Source: Candidatus Aenigmatarchaeota archaeon (lineage in GTDB: Archaea > Aenigmatarchaeota > Aenigmatarchaeia > QMZP01). From it: a stretch of 64,000 nucleotides of DNA. Made by a program: the position numbers and the translations under genes. Where the stretch lies: assembly GCA_016783545.1 (NCBI GenBank), contig JADHWJ010000004.1:27513-91512 (forward strand), read 5' to 3'. Positions 10,028 through 19,073 of the stretch are shown here, in pieces. The notes below the pieces were generated by a model that was not told the DNA's origin, made no database searches, and saw only the letters and a list, made by a program, of their open reading frames with translations. Numbering within the stretch: the stretch's first letter is position 1; the number at the start of each line of letters is the position of its first letter.

Positions 10028-10654
10028 ATGAAAACAAAATATAGGTCTGCTCAAACAGAGGTTATTTCAGTTCTAATGATTACTGGTATAATAATATCCC
10101 TTGTTGGCGCAGCATATATGTGGGGCGTTCCCATGATTGATAAAAGGACAGCAACCACAGACCTTGACATTGCTGAAAAATTCATGCTTGATCTTGATAA
10201 GAAAATAAAAGAGATAGCGAATTCAGGTGGTGGAGAAGTAAGCCTGGAAATACCATTTGGTCTTCTGAGAGTAGTGCCATACGACAGCGCAGATAAGACA
10301 GGCAAAAACAACATAGCTCTTGAATACATATCAAAACAACCCATTGTACTGGGAAGCCAGAGCTATCTAATGACAAATAATCTGGACGAGCCAGCCGTGT
10401 ACGGCTCTGAGCCAAGAATAATAGCTATTAGTGGTGAAAGTTCAGGTAATGGATATCTTATCACACTGAATGCACATTATAGAGAGCTTTACTCAGGTAA
10501 TGACAGATTTAATATTGAGTTATATACAGATACTGGAAAAACCGAAAAGGTCGGAAAGGATAGTGTTACAATTTCCTTTATCGAAAATAAGGTTTTAACA
10601 GACCAGGATTTTGGTGGAAGCCTTACGCTTACTTCTATACAGATAAGAATATGA
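10028..10654 (+). CDS. putative minor pilin-like protein
   Basis: N-terminus MKTKYRSAQTEVISVLMITGIIISLVGAAY resembles a class III signal peptide. Located in the pilus locus. Confidence 0.4.
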   Translation: MKTKYRSAQTEVISVLMITGIIISLVGAAYMWGVPMIDKRTATTDLDIAEKFMLDLDKKIKEIANSGGGEVSLEIPFGLLRVVPYDSADKTGKNNIALEYISKQPIVLGSQSYLMTNNLDEPAVYGSEPRIIAISGESSGNGYLITLNAHYRELYSGNDRFNIELYTDTGKTEKVGKDSVTISFIENKVLTDQDFGGSLTLTSIQIRI

Positions 10655-10727
10655 TAAGAAAAACATTTACTCTAATCAGATAATATTTTGGTTAATTAAT
10701 ATTAACCAATTAATCAAAATAATATAT

Positions 10728-11144
10728 ATGCAAAAACGTAAAGCACAAGCAAGAGTTTTTGAAGAAGTGATACTCTTTCTTTTCGGCGTAATGATATTCA
10801 TAACATTTCTAGCATTCTACAATTCCTATCAGTTATATTTTCTTTCAGTTGGTGAAGAAAACCAGATCATAGAGATCAAAAACCTTGTTGTTTCAAACAT
10901 AGTTAAACTTGCAACAAAACCTGGGGATTCGAGTATAATAATGAAAATACCTCCGAAAATAGGAGATATCCCATACACAATAGAGCTCAGTGATACTGGC
11001 ATATTACTAAGAGGTAGCAAGATGAATACATCGAATCTTTACAACATAAAAGAATTAACAGGAGGAACTCTCGGTGGTAGTGTGTGGAGTACGCAGGGCA
11101 AGGTTACAATTATTAAGAAAGAAAACAATATTAATTTAGTATAA
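10728..11144 (+). CDS. putative minor pilin-like protein
   Basis: MQKRKAQARVFEEVILFLFGVMIFITFLAF: basic N-terminus plus one hydrophobic helix. Located in the pilus locus. Confidence 0.3.
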   Translation: MQKRKAQARVFEEVILFLFGVMIFITFLAFYNSYQLYFLSVGEENQIIEIKNLVVSNIVKLATKPGDSSIIMKIPPKIGDIPYTIELSDTGILLRGSKMNTSNLYNIKELTGGTLGGSVWSTQGKVTIIKKENNINLV

Positions 11145-11179
11145 GAAATATTCCAGTTCAGTTGGGTTGATGTTAATAT

Positions 11180-12973
11180 ATGAAATTAAAAATACAGGTG
11201 CCAAAAATCAGAAGAGCCAATGCACCTTTGAGTAGAAGGCAGGCTTTCCTAAGACTCAGAAAAGGTTATTTGACAAAAAAGAACAAAACGGAAGGTCCGA
11301 AAGAAGCAGCTGCTGTATATTTTCCCTGGGAAAGGGGGCCTCCTGGAGTAGCAGGTGGACAGAACATAGAAACCGCAGAAGAAAAGGAATTAAAAATAAT
11401 AGAAGCAAAAGAATCAGAAGGTATAGAAGTTTCTGCTGAGGTTCGGCCAGGAAGTCCTATTAAAGTGTCAAGCATTACTAATGAAAAGCTTATTGGTACG
11501 AATATATATTACCCGCTGAATCCAAGAAAACCAAAACAGGGCGAGCCAATTTTTGCATATGCAAACATAAAATGGGAATCTAAAATAAATGAGCTTATTT
11601 ATTATATAATTGAGCCAAAAATAACAGCCAGTGAAAAAACTATTTTGGAAAGCATTAAATTAGAATTAGAAGAGAGGCTTGATATTGATTTTACAAACAT
11701 TGGGCTTGTAAAGGCAAAAGAGCTATTAAGGAAAGAGGCAGAAGCAATCATTGCGAAGTCTAACATATCGCTAGAAAATAGAAAAAACATGTTATATTAT
11801 ATAGAAAGGGATATTATAGGGTTTGGCAAGGCAGATGCATTGATGAAGGATCCAAATATAGAGGATATAAGCTGTGATGGGAGAAACATATCGCTTTATG
11901 CTTATCATAGAAATCCAAAGTTCGGATCAACAAGGACAAATGTCAGATTTAAAACAAATGATGAATTGAATGATTTTATTATAAGATTTGCGCAAAAATG
12001 CGGCAAAACAATATCTGTTGCAGAACCTTTAATGGACGCTTCTCTTCCAGACGGTTCAAGGGTTCAGGCAACATTAGGGACAGATATTGCAAGAAGAGGC
12101 TCAAATTTCACAATCAGGAAATTCACTGAGGATCCGCTGACACCTGTACACATGTTGAAGTATGGAACATTAGACTCAACACAGCTTGCATATCTATGGC
12201 TTGCTGTTGAAAATGGACAGTCCATTCTAATATCAGGGGCAACCGCTACTGGAAAAACAAGCCTGTTAAATGTGGTTTCTTTATTCATAAGGCCGAGCCA
12301 GAAAGTTGTGAGTATAGAAGATACAGCAGAACTGAGGCTGCCGCTACCACACTGGATACCAGAAGTTGCAAGAAGCCCACTATCTATTAAAGGAAGAAAA
12401 GGAGAAGTTACTTTATTCGATCTATTGAAATCATCATTAAGACAGAGACCTGATTATATAATTGTTGGTGAAGTAAGGGGAAGGGAGGCATTTGTTCTAT
12501 TCCAGCAAATGGCCACAGGCCATGCAGCACTATCAACAATACATGCAGCTTCTATACCGCAACTTGTTGATAGATTAATAACACCGCCGATATCACTGCC
12601 ACCAAATCTTCTAGAGAATATAGACATAATACTGTTCCTTACACTAAGCAAGCTGAAAGGCAGATACGTAAGAAGGGTAGATGATATACTAGAGGTTGTG
12701 GGAATGGATAAAGGCAAAATTATTACAAAGAATATATTTAAGTGGAGACCTATTGATGACAATTTTGAGGTTGTTAAAAAATCAGGCACACTTAAAAAAC
12801 TGGCTGAAAGGCTTGGTATAACCGAAGATACAATAAGACAGGAATTGGTTAACAGGAAGAAGATTTTGGAATGGATGCTTGAACAAGAAATGTATGAATA
12901 TAGAGAGGTATCAAAGGTAATAAACGCATACTACACAAATCCAGAAAATCTAATTGAGAGAATAATGGGGTAG
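11180..12973 (+). CDS. type IV pilus/archaellum-type secretion ATPase (FlaI/PilB/VirB11 superfamily)
   Basis: Walker A SGATATGKTS, Walker B/Asp box PDYIIVGEVRGREA, His box STIHA. 597 aa. Confidence 0.85.
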   Translation: MKLKIQVPKIRRANAPLSRRQAFLRLRKGYLTKKNKTEGPKEAAAVYFPWERGPPGVAGGQNIETAEEKELKIIEAKESEGIEVSAEVRPGSPIKVSSITNEKLIGTNIYYPLNPRKPKQGEPIFAYANIKWESKINELIYYIIEPKITASEKTILESIKLELEERLDIDFTNIGLVKAKELLRKEAEAIIAKSNISLENRKNMLYYIERDIIGFGKADALMKDPNIEDISCDGRNISLYAYHRNPKFGSTRTNVRFKTNDELNDFIIRFAQKCGKTISVAEPLMDASLPDGSRVQATLGTDIARRGSNFTIRKFTEDPLTPVHMLKYGTLDSTQLAYLWLAVENGQSILISGATATGKTSLLNVVSLFIRPSQKVVSIEDTAELRLPLPHWIPEVARSPLSIKGRKGEVTLFDLLKSSLRQRPDYIIVGEVRGREAFVLFQQMATGHAALSTIHAASIPQLVDRLITPPISLPPNLLENIDIILFLTLSKLKGRYVRRVDDILEVVGMDKGKIITKNIFKWRPIDDNFEVVKKSGTLKKLAERLGITEDTIRQELVNRKKILEWMLEQEMYEYREVSKVINAYYTNPENLIERIMG

Positions 12974-13019
12974 TATATGATAAAGGCTGTCTCTATGAGG
13001 TCATATAAAAAAGGGAGTT

Positions 13020-13874
13020 TTGAATATGTTCGAAGAATTATCAATTAAAATGTTTGGATCATTATTTTTACCACGCCTTGATTATTTTGATGGTCTAAAA
13101 AATAATCTAAAAAAATCAAGGATAAGAATGCCGTTATATAATTATATTTGTACAATAACATTCTATTCATTTCCATTGGTATTTGCTATATCAATGATTG
13201 CGTTTTCAATGTTAATATCCATTGCAACAGGCGCTGTTTTATACGCTGTAACACTTTCTGTTATAATATCACTTGCAGCTTCTTTGGTTACATTTCTCGT
13301 AGGGTATTATTACCCAACAGTGCAGATATCAGCTGTTAAGAAGAACGTAGAAAAGTCACTCCCATTTGCAACAATGTATATGGCAACATCTGCCCATTCT
13401 GGTATGAACCCTGTTGAAATTTTTAGGGTCTTATCAATGAGAGGCGGGGTGATTGGAGAAGAAGCAAGGACGATTTATAACAATGTCAAAACAATGGGGA
13501 TGAGTCTTACAAGAGCTCTTCAAAAATCTGCACTAAAGTCACCATCTACACACTTTTCTGATTTGTTATATGGCATGGTCTCTGTTATAGCTTCAGGTGG
13601 AGATCTGGATTTATACCTAGAAGAGAAAACAAAAACATTTTTCGGGAATTACAAGAGAAGCCTCAATGAATATGCTAAAATGGTCACGCTTTATGCTGAG
13701 ATATACATAACTCTGATAATAATAGGAACCCTATTCTTCATAGTTCTACTCTCAATAATGTCTCCTCTGGTAGGAGGCACTTTGTTGGTGCAAACTTTCC
13801 TTGTATTTATCTTAACCCCGTTGATATCAGTAGCATTCATAGTCCTTTTAAAATCTTCATCACCAGAGGAATAG
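13020..13874 (+). CDS. pilus platform membrane protein, T2SS-F/FlaJ/TadC-like (first half)
   Basis: Polytopic membrane ORF directly after the ATPase, with a cytoplasmic T2SSF-like region (PFATMYMATSAHSGMNPVEIFRVL). The track start is TTG at 13020. An ATG at 13026 is preceded by GGGAG. Confidence 0.6.
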   Translation: MNMFEELSIKMFGSLFLPRLDYFDGLKNNLKKSRIRMPLYNYICTITFYSFPLVFAISMIAFSMLISIATGAVLYAVTLSVIISLAASLVTFLVGYYYPTVQISAVKKNVEKSLPFATMYMATSAHSGMNPVEIFRVLSMRGGVIGEEARTIYNNVKTMGMSLTRALQKSALKSPSTHFSDLLYGMVSVIASGGDLDLYLEEKTKTFFGNYKRSLNEYAKMVTLYAEIYITLIIIGTLFFIVLLSIMSPLVGGTLLVQTFLVFILTPLISVAFIVLLKSSSPEE

Positions 13875-13878
13875 AAAT

Positions 13879-14787
13879 ATGAAAAGCAATTTAATATTTG
13901 TGTTCACGGCAATATCTGTAATATTGATAGTGATTGGAATACTAACAGGCGATGTTGCCATACTGTCAAACATGATAGTTATATCAATCTTAATCTCCCT
14001 TATACCGTTCTTTGTTTACAGGTATACAAAATTTCTTTGGGTAAAGTCTATAGAAGGACAATTCCCAAATCTTTTGAGAGATCTTGCTGATTTAATCAGC
14101 TCTGGGATGAGCTTCTCAGAAGCAATAAGAATTACCAGCAAATCCAACTATGGAAAACTTACAGTCGAAGTTAAAAAAATGAACAACAGGCTTTCATGGG
14201 GAACACCGTTTCTGAGGGTGCTGGATATATTTGGGAAAAGAGCAAAGGATTCAAAGATAATAACAGAAGTTCTTCACATAGTAAAGGAAAGCTTCCGTTC
14301 AGGCGGAAATATAGCATCAACATTGGATTCTGTTGCAAGCAGCATTATAATGCTAAAAGATGCTGAGAATGATAGGCGTTCGATGATAAAACAGCAGGTG
14401 TTTATAATGTATGGGATATTTTTCATGTTTCTCGCCATAACAATACTGATAATAAATGTTCTTGTTCCAATGATAGCAACAACAACAGAATCTGCAACAG
14501 GGGCCACACTTTCACTCCAGTTCAAAGATCCATGTATTGATATAAATCAATTCCCATGTCAAATTTACTCATCGTTTGGTGTAATGTTAAACGCAAGGCC
14601 AGGCATCTCCAGTTATTACACGTCTCTTTTCTTCTTGACTGTTATAATAGAAGCTATATTCATAGGTCTTATAGCAGGACAACTAGGATCGAATTCCATT
14701 AATGCAGGATTTAAGCATTCCCTTATAATGTTATTTTCAGGCGTTGGTGTATTTCTTTTCCTGGCAAAAATAGGGCTATTTCTGTAA
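13879..14787 (+). CDS. pilus platform membrane protein, T2SS-F/FlaJ/TadC-like (second half)
   Basis: Second T2SSF-like ORF (FPNLLRDLADLISSGMSFSEAIRI), 4 nt after the previous stop. Confidence 0.6.
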   Translation: MKSNLIFVFTAISVILIVIGILTGDVAILSNMIVISILISLIPFFVYRYTKFLWVKSIEGQFPNLLRDLADLISSGMSFSEAIRITSKSNYGKLTVEVKKMNNRLSWGTPFLRVLDIFGKRAKDSKIITEVLHIVKESFRSGGNIASTLDSVASSIIMLKDAENDRRSMIKQQVFIMYGIFFMFLAITILIINVLVPMIATTTESATGATLSLQFKDPCIDINQFPCQIYSSFGVMLNARPGISSYYTSLFFLTVIIEAIFIGLIAGQLGSNSINAGFKHSLIMLFSGVGVFLFLAKIGLFL

Positions 14788-14821
14788 AAGGATTTTTTAG
14801 TTAATAATCCAAATTATAAGC

Positions 14822-15430
14822 ATGAGAAAAGAGTTGCCAAGACAATTTATTCACCTGTCAGGGATTTTGTTCGTATTACTTGCACAATTCATAGGAAGTG
14901 TTGTATCAATATATTTTTTTATGATAAGTTTTATTCTAATTTTCTGGGCGTGGCATATAAAATCTACAATAGAAAATTCTGAAAACGTTATCTCTAGATT
15001 AGAACATGGGTTTAGAGACGCTGTTATGAAACTAGAGAGAAAAAATGTAAAAATACCATTCACAGGCGCAATATGGTTTTATATTGGATGTGGTATTGCA
15101 TTTTTTATATTCCCTTTACATATAGCATCAGCAGCATGCATAATCCTTTCAGTCGGTGATGCATTTTCAACAATAGTCGGAAAAAGATTTGGAAGGAAAA
15201 GAATATTCGGCGTGAAAACATTTGAAGGAAGCATTGCTTTCTTTATATCATCGCTTTTTGCAGCTCTATTATTTGTATCAATTGATATTGCAATAATTGG
15301 TTGCTTAACTGCCATGGTAACAGAGATGCTCCTTGGGCATGAAAAAATATTGAAAAATCCACGAACAAGATGGTTGAATGATAATTTACTGATACCTATT
15401 CTAGCAGCACTCGTCATGTTTTTAGTTTGA
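14822..15430 (+). CDS. polyprenol/dolichol kinase-like membrane protein (CTP-transferase_1 family)
   Basis: Polytopic protein with SVGDAFSTIVGKRFGRKRIFG-KTFEGSIAFF, as seen in the CdsA/dolichol kinase family. Confidence 0.45.
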   Translation: MRKELPRQFIHLSGILFVLLAQFIGSVVSIYFFMISFILIFWAWHIKSTIENSENVISRLEHGFRDAVMKLERKNVKIPFTGAIWFYIGCGIAFFIFPLHIASAACIILSVGDAFSTIVGKRFGRKRIFGVKTFEGSIAFFISSLFAALLFVSIDIAIIGCLTAMVTEMLLGHEKILKNPRTRWLNDNLLIPILAALVMFLV

Positions 15431-15985
15431 AGACTTTAGACGTATTATACCAAGATTCAATAGCTTTTTAATCGTGGACTCAAAATCATTGATATCTCCA
15501 AACTTCTTTCTCAAATCAGTGAATTTTATTTCATTTGCACATTCTTTTATGATTTCTGCTTCAGTACCTTCAAACCTGAAAGGAACAGACTCAATGGAAA
15601 CATAAACACCCCTTTTGTCATTTTCCCTAAATTCTGATACGCAATTACCAGAAAACATTACTATATGCTCTGGTTTTGGTGGCTCTGATTCAGGCATCCT
15701 AATCATGTATTCAAACCTTAGTAAATTAGGGACAAGTCTAAACATCTTCAATGGTCTCTCATCTATGGAAGAAGTTTTCCAGTTTGCATCAACTATATTA
15801 TATTTTCTCATTTCTTGTAGGCATCTAGAAGCGGTTGAAGGTGATATATTCACTTTCCTGGCAATTTCCGATGGCGGGGCAGGGCCTTCTTTGAGACATT
15901 CAATTATATTTTTAACAGTAAGATTTGATATTAAATGAAATGTTTTCAGGGCATCTTCACTTTTTTGGACAGTAACTCTCACCAT
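15422..15985 (-). CDS. winged-helix (ArsR/TrmB-like) transcriptional regulator
   Basis: N-terminal wHTH: NIIECLKEGPAPPSEIARKVNISPSTASRCLQEMRKYNIV. Divergent from the ATP-grasp cluster. Confidence 0.55.
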   Translation of the reverse strand: MVRVTVQKSEDALKTFHLISNLTVKNIIECLKEGPAPPSEIARKVNISPSTASRCLQEMRKYNIVDANWKTSSIDERPLKMFRLVPNLLRFEYMIRMPESEPPKPEHIVMFSGNCVSEFRENDKRGVYVSIESVPFRFEGTEAEIIKECANEIKFTDLRKKFGDINDFESTIKKLLNLGIIRLKSSN

Positions 15986-16095
15986 AACTTACCTTATAAT
16001 TCAGCGGCTGATATAATTGATTTGATTTAATATTTATAAGTATTGATTAATACATGCAACTAGTTTTATGAAATCAAATACCATTTCTATTTACT

Positions 16096-16107
16096 GGAAT
16101 ATATTCC
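16096..16107. promoter_or_regulatory. perfect 12-bp palindrome GGAATATATTCC in a divergent promoter region (candidate operator)
   Basis: Lies in the 222-bp gap between the wHTH regulator and the RimK-like gene. Related half-sites GGAAATATA (16116-16124) and GGAAATAGTA (16137-16146) follow it. Confidence 0.25.
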
Positions 16108-16207
16108 GTTTTCATGGAAATATAGCTTTTATAAGAGGAAATAGTAATCTCAAAAGGGAAACCCTTTTAAATATATACTCCATTCTTGCTTTATTGAGAG
16201 GCGTATT

Positions 16208-17125
16208 ATGTCTTTATGTATATTAGGTCACGAAAAAACAGAAACAAATCTTAGGCTCATGGAAGAAGCAAAAAAACATTTTGACAAGGTTTTTTATGTT
16301 CCTATCGATTCTATAGCCATAGGACTATCAGACAAATTCTCAATTTCGTATAGAACAACTGAACTATTAAAATTTGACGCTATACTACCAAGAATATCAA
16401 AAAAACTTAGTTCATATGGATATCAGCTTCTGTCACTTTTTCCAGAAGATAAATTCATGCCGATAAGGCCAATATCATTCTTACTTTCAACTGAAAGATT
16501 TTTCCTTCTTACAGTATTGAGAAAAAGAGGAATACCAACCATAAATCTGCATCTCACAAAGACACCAAAAGCAGCTAGTGCAGTACTTGAAAAATCAAAG
16601 TTTCCAGTTATACTAAGAACAGGTGAAAAAAAGACAGGAATTTTTGTTGAAAATAAACAAGAAGCAGTAAATGTGATAGATGCGCTTGGCACATTCAAGA
16701 AATCTATATTAATAGAAGAGGTTGTGAAAGACATGGTTTCTGTTTATGTCGCAGAGCCAGATATCATTGCAGCTGTTAAGAAGAAAACAAAACAAAAAGA
16801 CGTTCTCTTTGCAAAAGGGGATATTAAAAAAACCAAGTTAAGGGCAGAAGTAGAACAACTCGCACTCGATGCAGCAAAGGCTGTGGACACACAGATGGCG
16901 AGAATTGATATAAGCCTAAACGGTTCACCAAAAGTAATAGACATAAAACTCAACCCTGAATTGATAAAAGCATCAAAAGTTACTGGCGTTGACCTGCCAA
17001 AAAAAATCATAGAATCTGTTCATAATAATTACCAGGCTCATAAAGAAAAGCCAATGCTTGTAAAATTTTTTGAGGATGCAAAATCCGTTGTAAAAGATGT
17101 ATTAAAAAGCAAGCAGATGCTTTAA
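16208..17125 (+). CDS. RimK-like ATP-grasp protein (catalytic motifs appear degenerate)
   Basis: Collinear with RimK as I recall it (FDAILPRI..., GIPT, FPVILRTGEKKTGIFVENKQEAVNVIDAL, ARIDISL...VIDIKLNPE). Several ATP/Mg positions are substituted. Confidence 0.55.
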   Translation: MSLCILGHEKTETNLRLMEEAKKHFDKVFYVPIDSIAIGLSDKFSISYRTTELLKFDAILPRISKKLSSYGYQLLSLFPEDKFMPIRPISFLLSTERFFLLTVLRKRGIPTINLHLTKTPKAASAVLEKSKFPVILRTGEKKTGIFVENKQEAVNVIDALGTFKKSILIEEVVKDMVSVYVAEPDIIAAVKKKTKQKDVLFAKGDIKKTKLRAEVEQLALDAAKAVDTQMARIDISLNGSPKVIDIKLNPELIKASKVTGVDLPKKIIESVHNNYQAHKEKPMLVKFFEDAKSVVKDVLKSKQML

Positions 17126-17187
17126 ATACGTGCATGAGAAAGCTTATAAATACAACTTAGAGCTAATGTATAATACAAGATGGTTAT

Positions 17188-18021
17188 ATGAATATAAACA
17201 CAGTTCTGAGTAACATATGGATTTGGATAGCCACGTTTATGGAACAATTTATACCCAAATACATAATTCCTAATATCCAGCTTATAATACAAATAATTAT
17301 ACTCATTATTGTTGCCCTGATTGTCGGGAAAATAGGCAAAACAATAACCATAAAGTTACTGAACATAATAGGTCTCAAAAGAATAACAGGTAGAACCTGG
17401 GCTGAGAGCATGCTGAGAATCACAGGATACAGAGGAACTGTATTGGAGCTTATAGGAGACCTGATCAAATGGCTCATTTATATTCTCTTCCTTGCACTTA
17501 TGATACAGACTATAGGCTTCCCTGGAGTTGCTGAGATCTTCACCCAGGTGGCATCTGTTATGCCAAGAATTGTTGGGGCGATATTCATTGTTGTGATAGG
17601 GTTTATAATAGCAGATTTTTTCGGCAAAGTTTTCGAAGAAGCTGCAAGAAAGATCTTTAAAGAAGACCTTGCAGGAATATTCTCTGGAGCTCTTGCTAAA
17701 TACACTATCGGAATAATATCGATAATAATAGCTCTAAGTCTACTAGGATTAGACACAGTTAGCCTAAATATAATGTTTGCAATAATAATGGCAGTTGTTG
17801 TTGGCATACTTATTTTGGGATTGAAAGATACAATACCAAATTATTCATCAGGTATGCAGGTTAGGAGTTTAGTAAAAGTCGGAGATCATGTAAAAATAGG
17901 AGAATATTCAGGTATTGTTGAAAAGATAAACCCGACAGCAACTATACTAAGAAGCAATAAAAGATCAGTACTTATCCCAAATTCTTATTTCACAAAACTT
18001 CCTGTTGAAAAAATAAAGTGA
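17188..18021 (+). CDS. MscS-family mechanosensitive channel
   Basis: N-terminal TM helices followed by the beta-domain motif VKVGDHVKIGEYSGIVEKINPTATILRSNKRSVLIPNSYF. Confidence 0.6.
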   Translation: MNINTVLSNIWIWIATFMEQFIPKYIIPNIQLIIQIIILIIVALIVGKIGKTITIKLLNIIGLKRITGRTWAESMLRITGYRGTVLELIGDLIKWLIYILFLALMIQTIGFPGVAEIFTQVASVMPRIVGAIFIVVIGFIIADFFGKVFEEAARKIFKEDLAGIFSGALAKYTIGIISIIIALSLLGLDTVSLNIMFAIIMAVVVGILILGLKDTIPNYSSGMQVRSLVKVGDHVKIGEYSGIVEKINPTATILRSNKRSVLIPNSYFTKLPVEKIK

Positions 18022-18025
18022 TATC

Positions 18026-19054
18026 ATGTTGTTAGGTATAATAACAACAGAGGAGTTCATAAACGAGCCACACAACAAAGATATTATAAATTATGGCAAG
18101 AAAAAAAATGTTGATGTTTGTAGATTTCTTTCTAAAGACATAGACTGGGAAAATAAGATTGTTAATGGTTTTGATTCTAGTGGTAAGAGAAAGAAATTCA
18201 GATTCCCAGATGTTTTATACATACGAAACGGAAGGCCTCCAATAAGTATAGGTAAAAAGATAATGAAATCTTTTGTTGTCATGAATAGCCCTGATATGAT
18301 AGACATGGAACTCGATAAGTTAAGGACGTATGAGTTCATAAAGAAACAGGGAATTGGGAATAAAGGAAAGATTAGGCAACCAGAAACACTTCCATATACA
18401 AAAGAAAATACAAGAAAATTATTTGAGAAATATAAAACATTAATCTTCAAACCAATTCACGGTATGTGGGGGAGAGGTATAATCAGAGTCGAAAGGAATG
18501 CTTCTTATACACTACATTATGAAAAAACCGAATACGATATGAATGAAAAAGATCTTTTTGAAAAAATCAATGATATAATAAATAAATTAAATGATGAGTT
18601 TATTGTTCAGGAAGCTGTCAATGCAAAAGAATATGATGGTAGAGTTTTTGATATAAGATCATTCATGTTAAAGGATGGTAAAGGGGAGATAATTAAAGGA
18701 TTTACCATAATGAGAATTGGTGCAAAGAAAAAAGTAATATCCAATGTACATGGTGGCGGTGATGATGTTTTTGAATATAAGAAAATACTTGAACAGCTCT
18801 ACCCATCAAATCATGGGGAAATAATAAAAAATTTAGAGAGTGCTTTTTTCAAAGTAGCAAAAATAATGAACAAACTATCTGTAATGGGTGCTGATATAAT
18901 GCTTGATGTTGATGGGAATGCGTATCTCATAGAAGTAAATGGATGTGGCCCTGCTATTTACCTTTTTACCAATATACCAAAAAAAGTAAAGCAGAAATTG
19001 GCTGAACACATGGTTGATTATGCTATTCATTTGTATGGTCAGAAATATAACTAA
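18026..19054 (+). CDS. ATP-grasp ligase, YheC/YheD (TTL-like) type
   Basis: FKPIHGMWGRGI, FIVQEAV, FDIRSFMLKDGKGE, ISNVHGGGD and GADIMLDVDGNAYLIEVNGCGP, in canonical ATP-grasp order. Confidence 0.6.
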   Translation: MLLGIITTEEFINEPHNKDIINYGKKKNVDVCRFLSKDIDWENKIVNGFDSSGKRKKFRFPDVLYIRNGRPPISIGKKIMKSFVVMNSPDMIDMELDKLRTYEFIKKQGIGNKGKIRQPETLPYTKENTRKLFEKYKTLIFKPIHGMWGRGIIRVERNASYTLHYEKTEYDMNEKDLFEKINDIINKLNDEFIVQEAVNAKEYDGRVFDIRSFMLKDGKGEIIKGFTIMRIGAKKKVISNVHGGGDDVFEYKKILEQLYPSNHGEIIKNLESAFFKVAKIMNKLSVMGADIMLDVDGNAYLIEVNGCGPAIYLFTNIPKKVKQKLAEHMVDYAIHLYGQKYN

Positions 19055-19073
19055 TGCCAACTAATAATTACCC

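Noticed and set aside
13148-13339. 63-aa ORF overlapping the first platform-protein gene in another frame.
   Set aside because: It lies entirely inside a well-supported membrane-protein ORF, and its Cys/Asn/Ile-rich translation is typical of an off-frame artefact.
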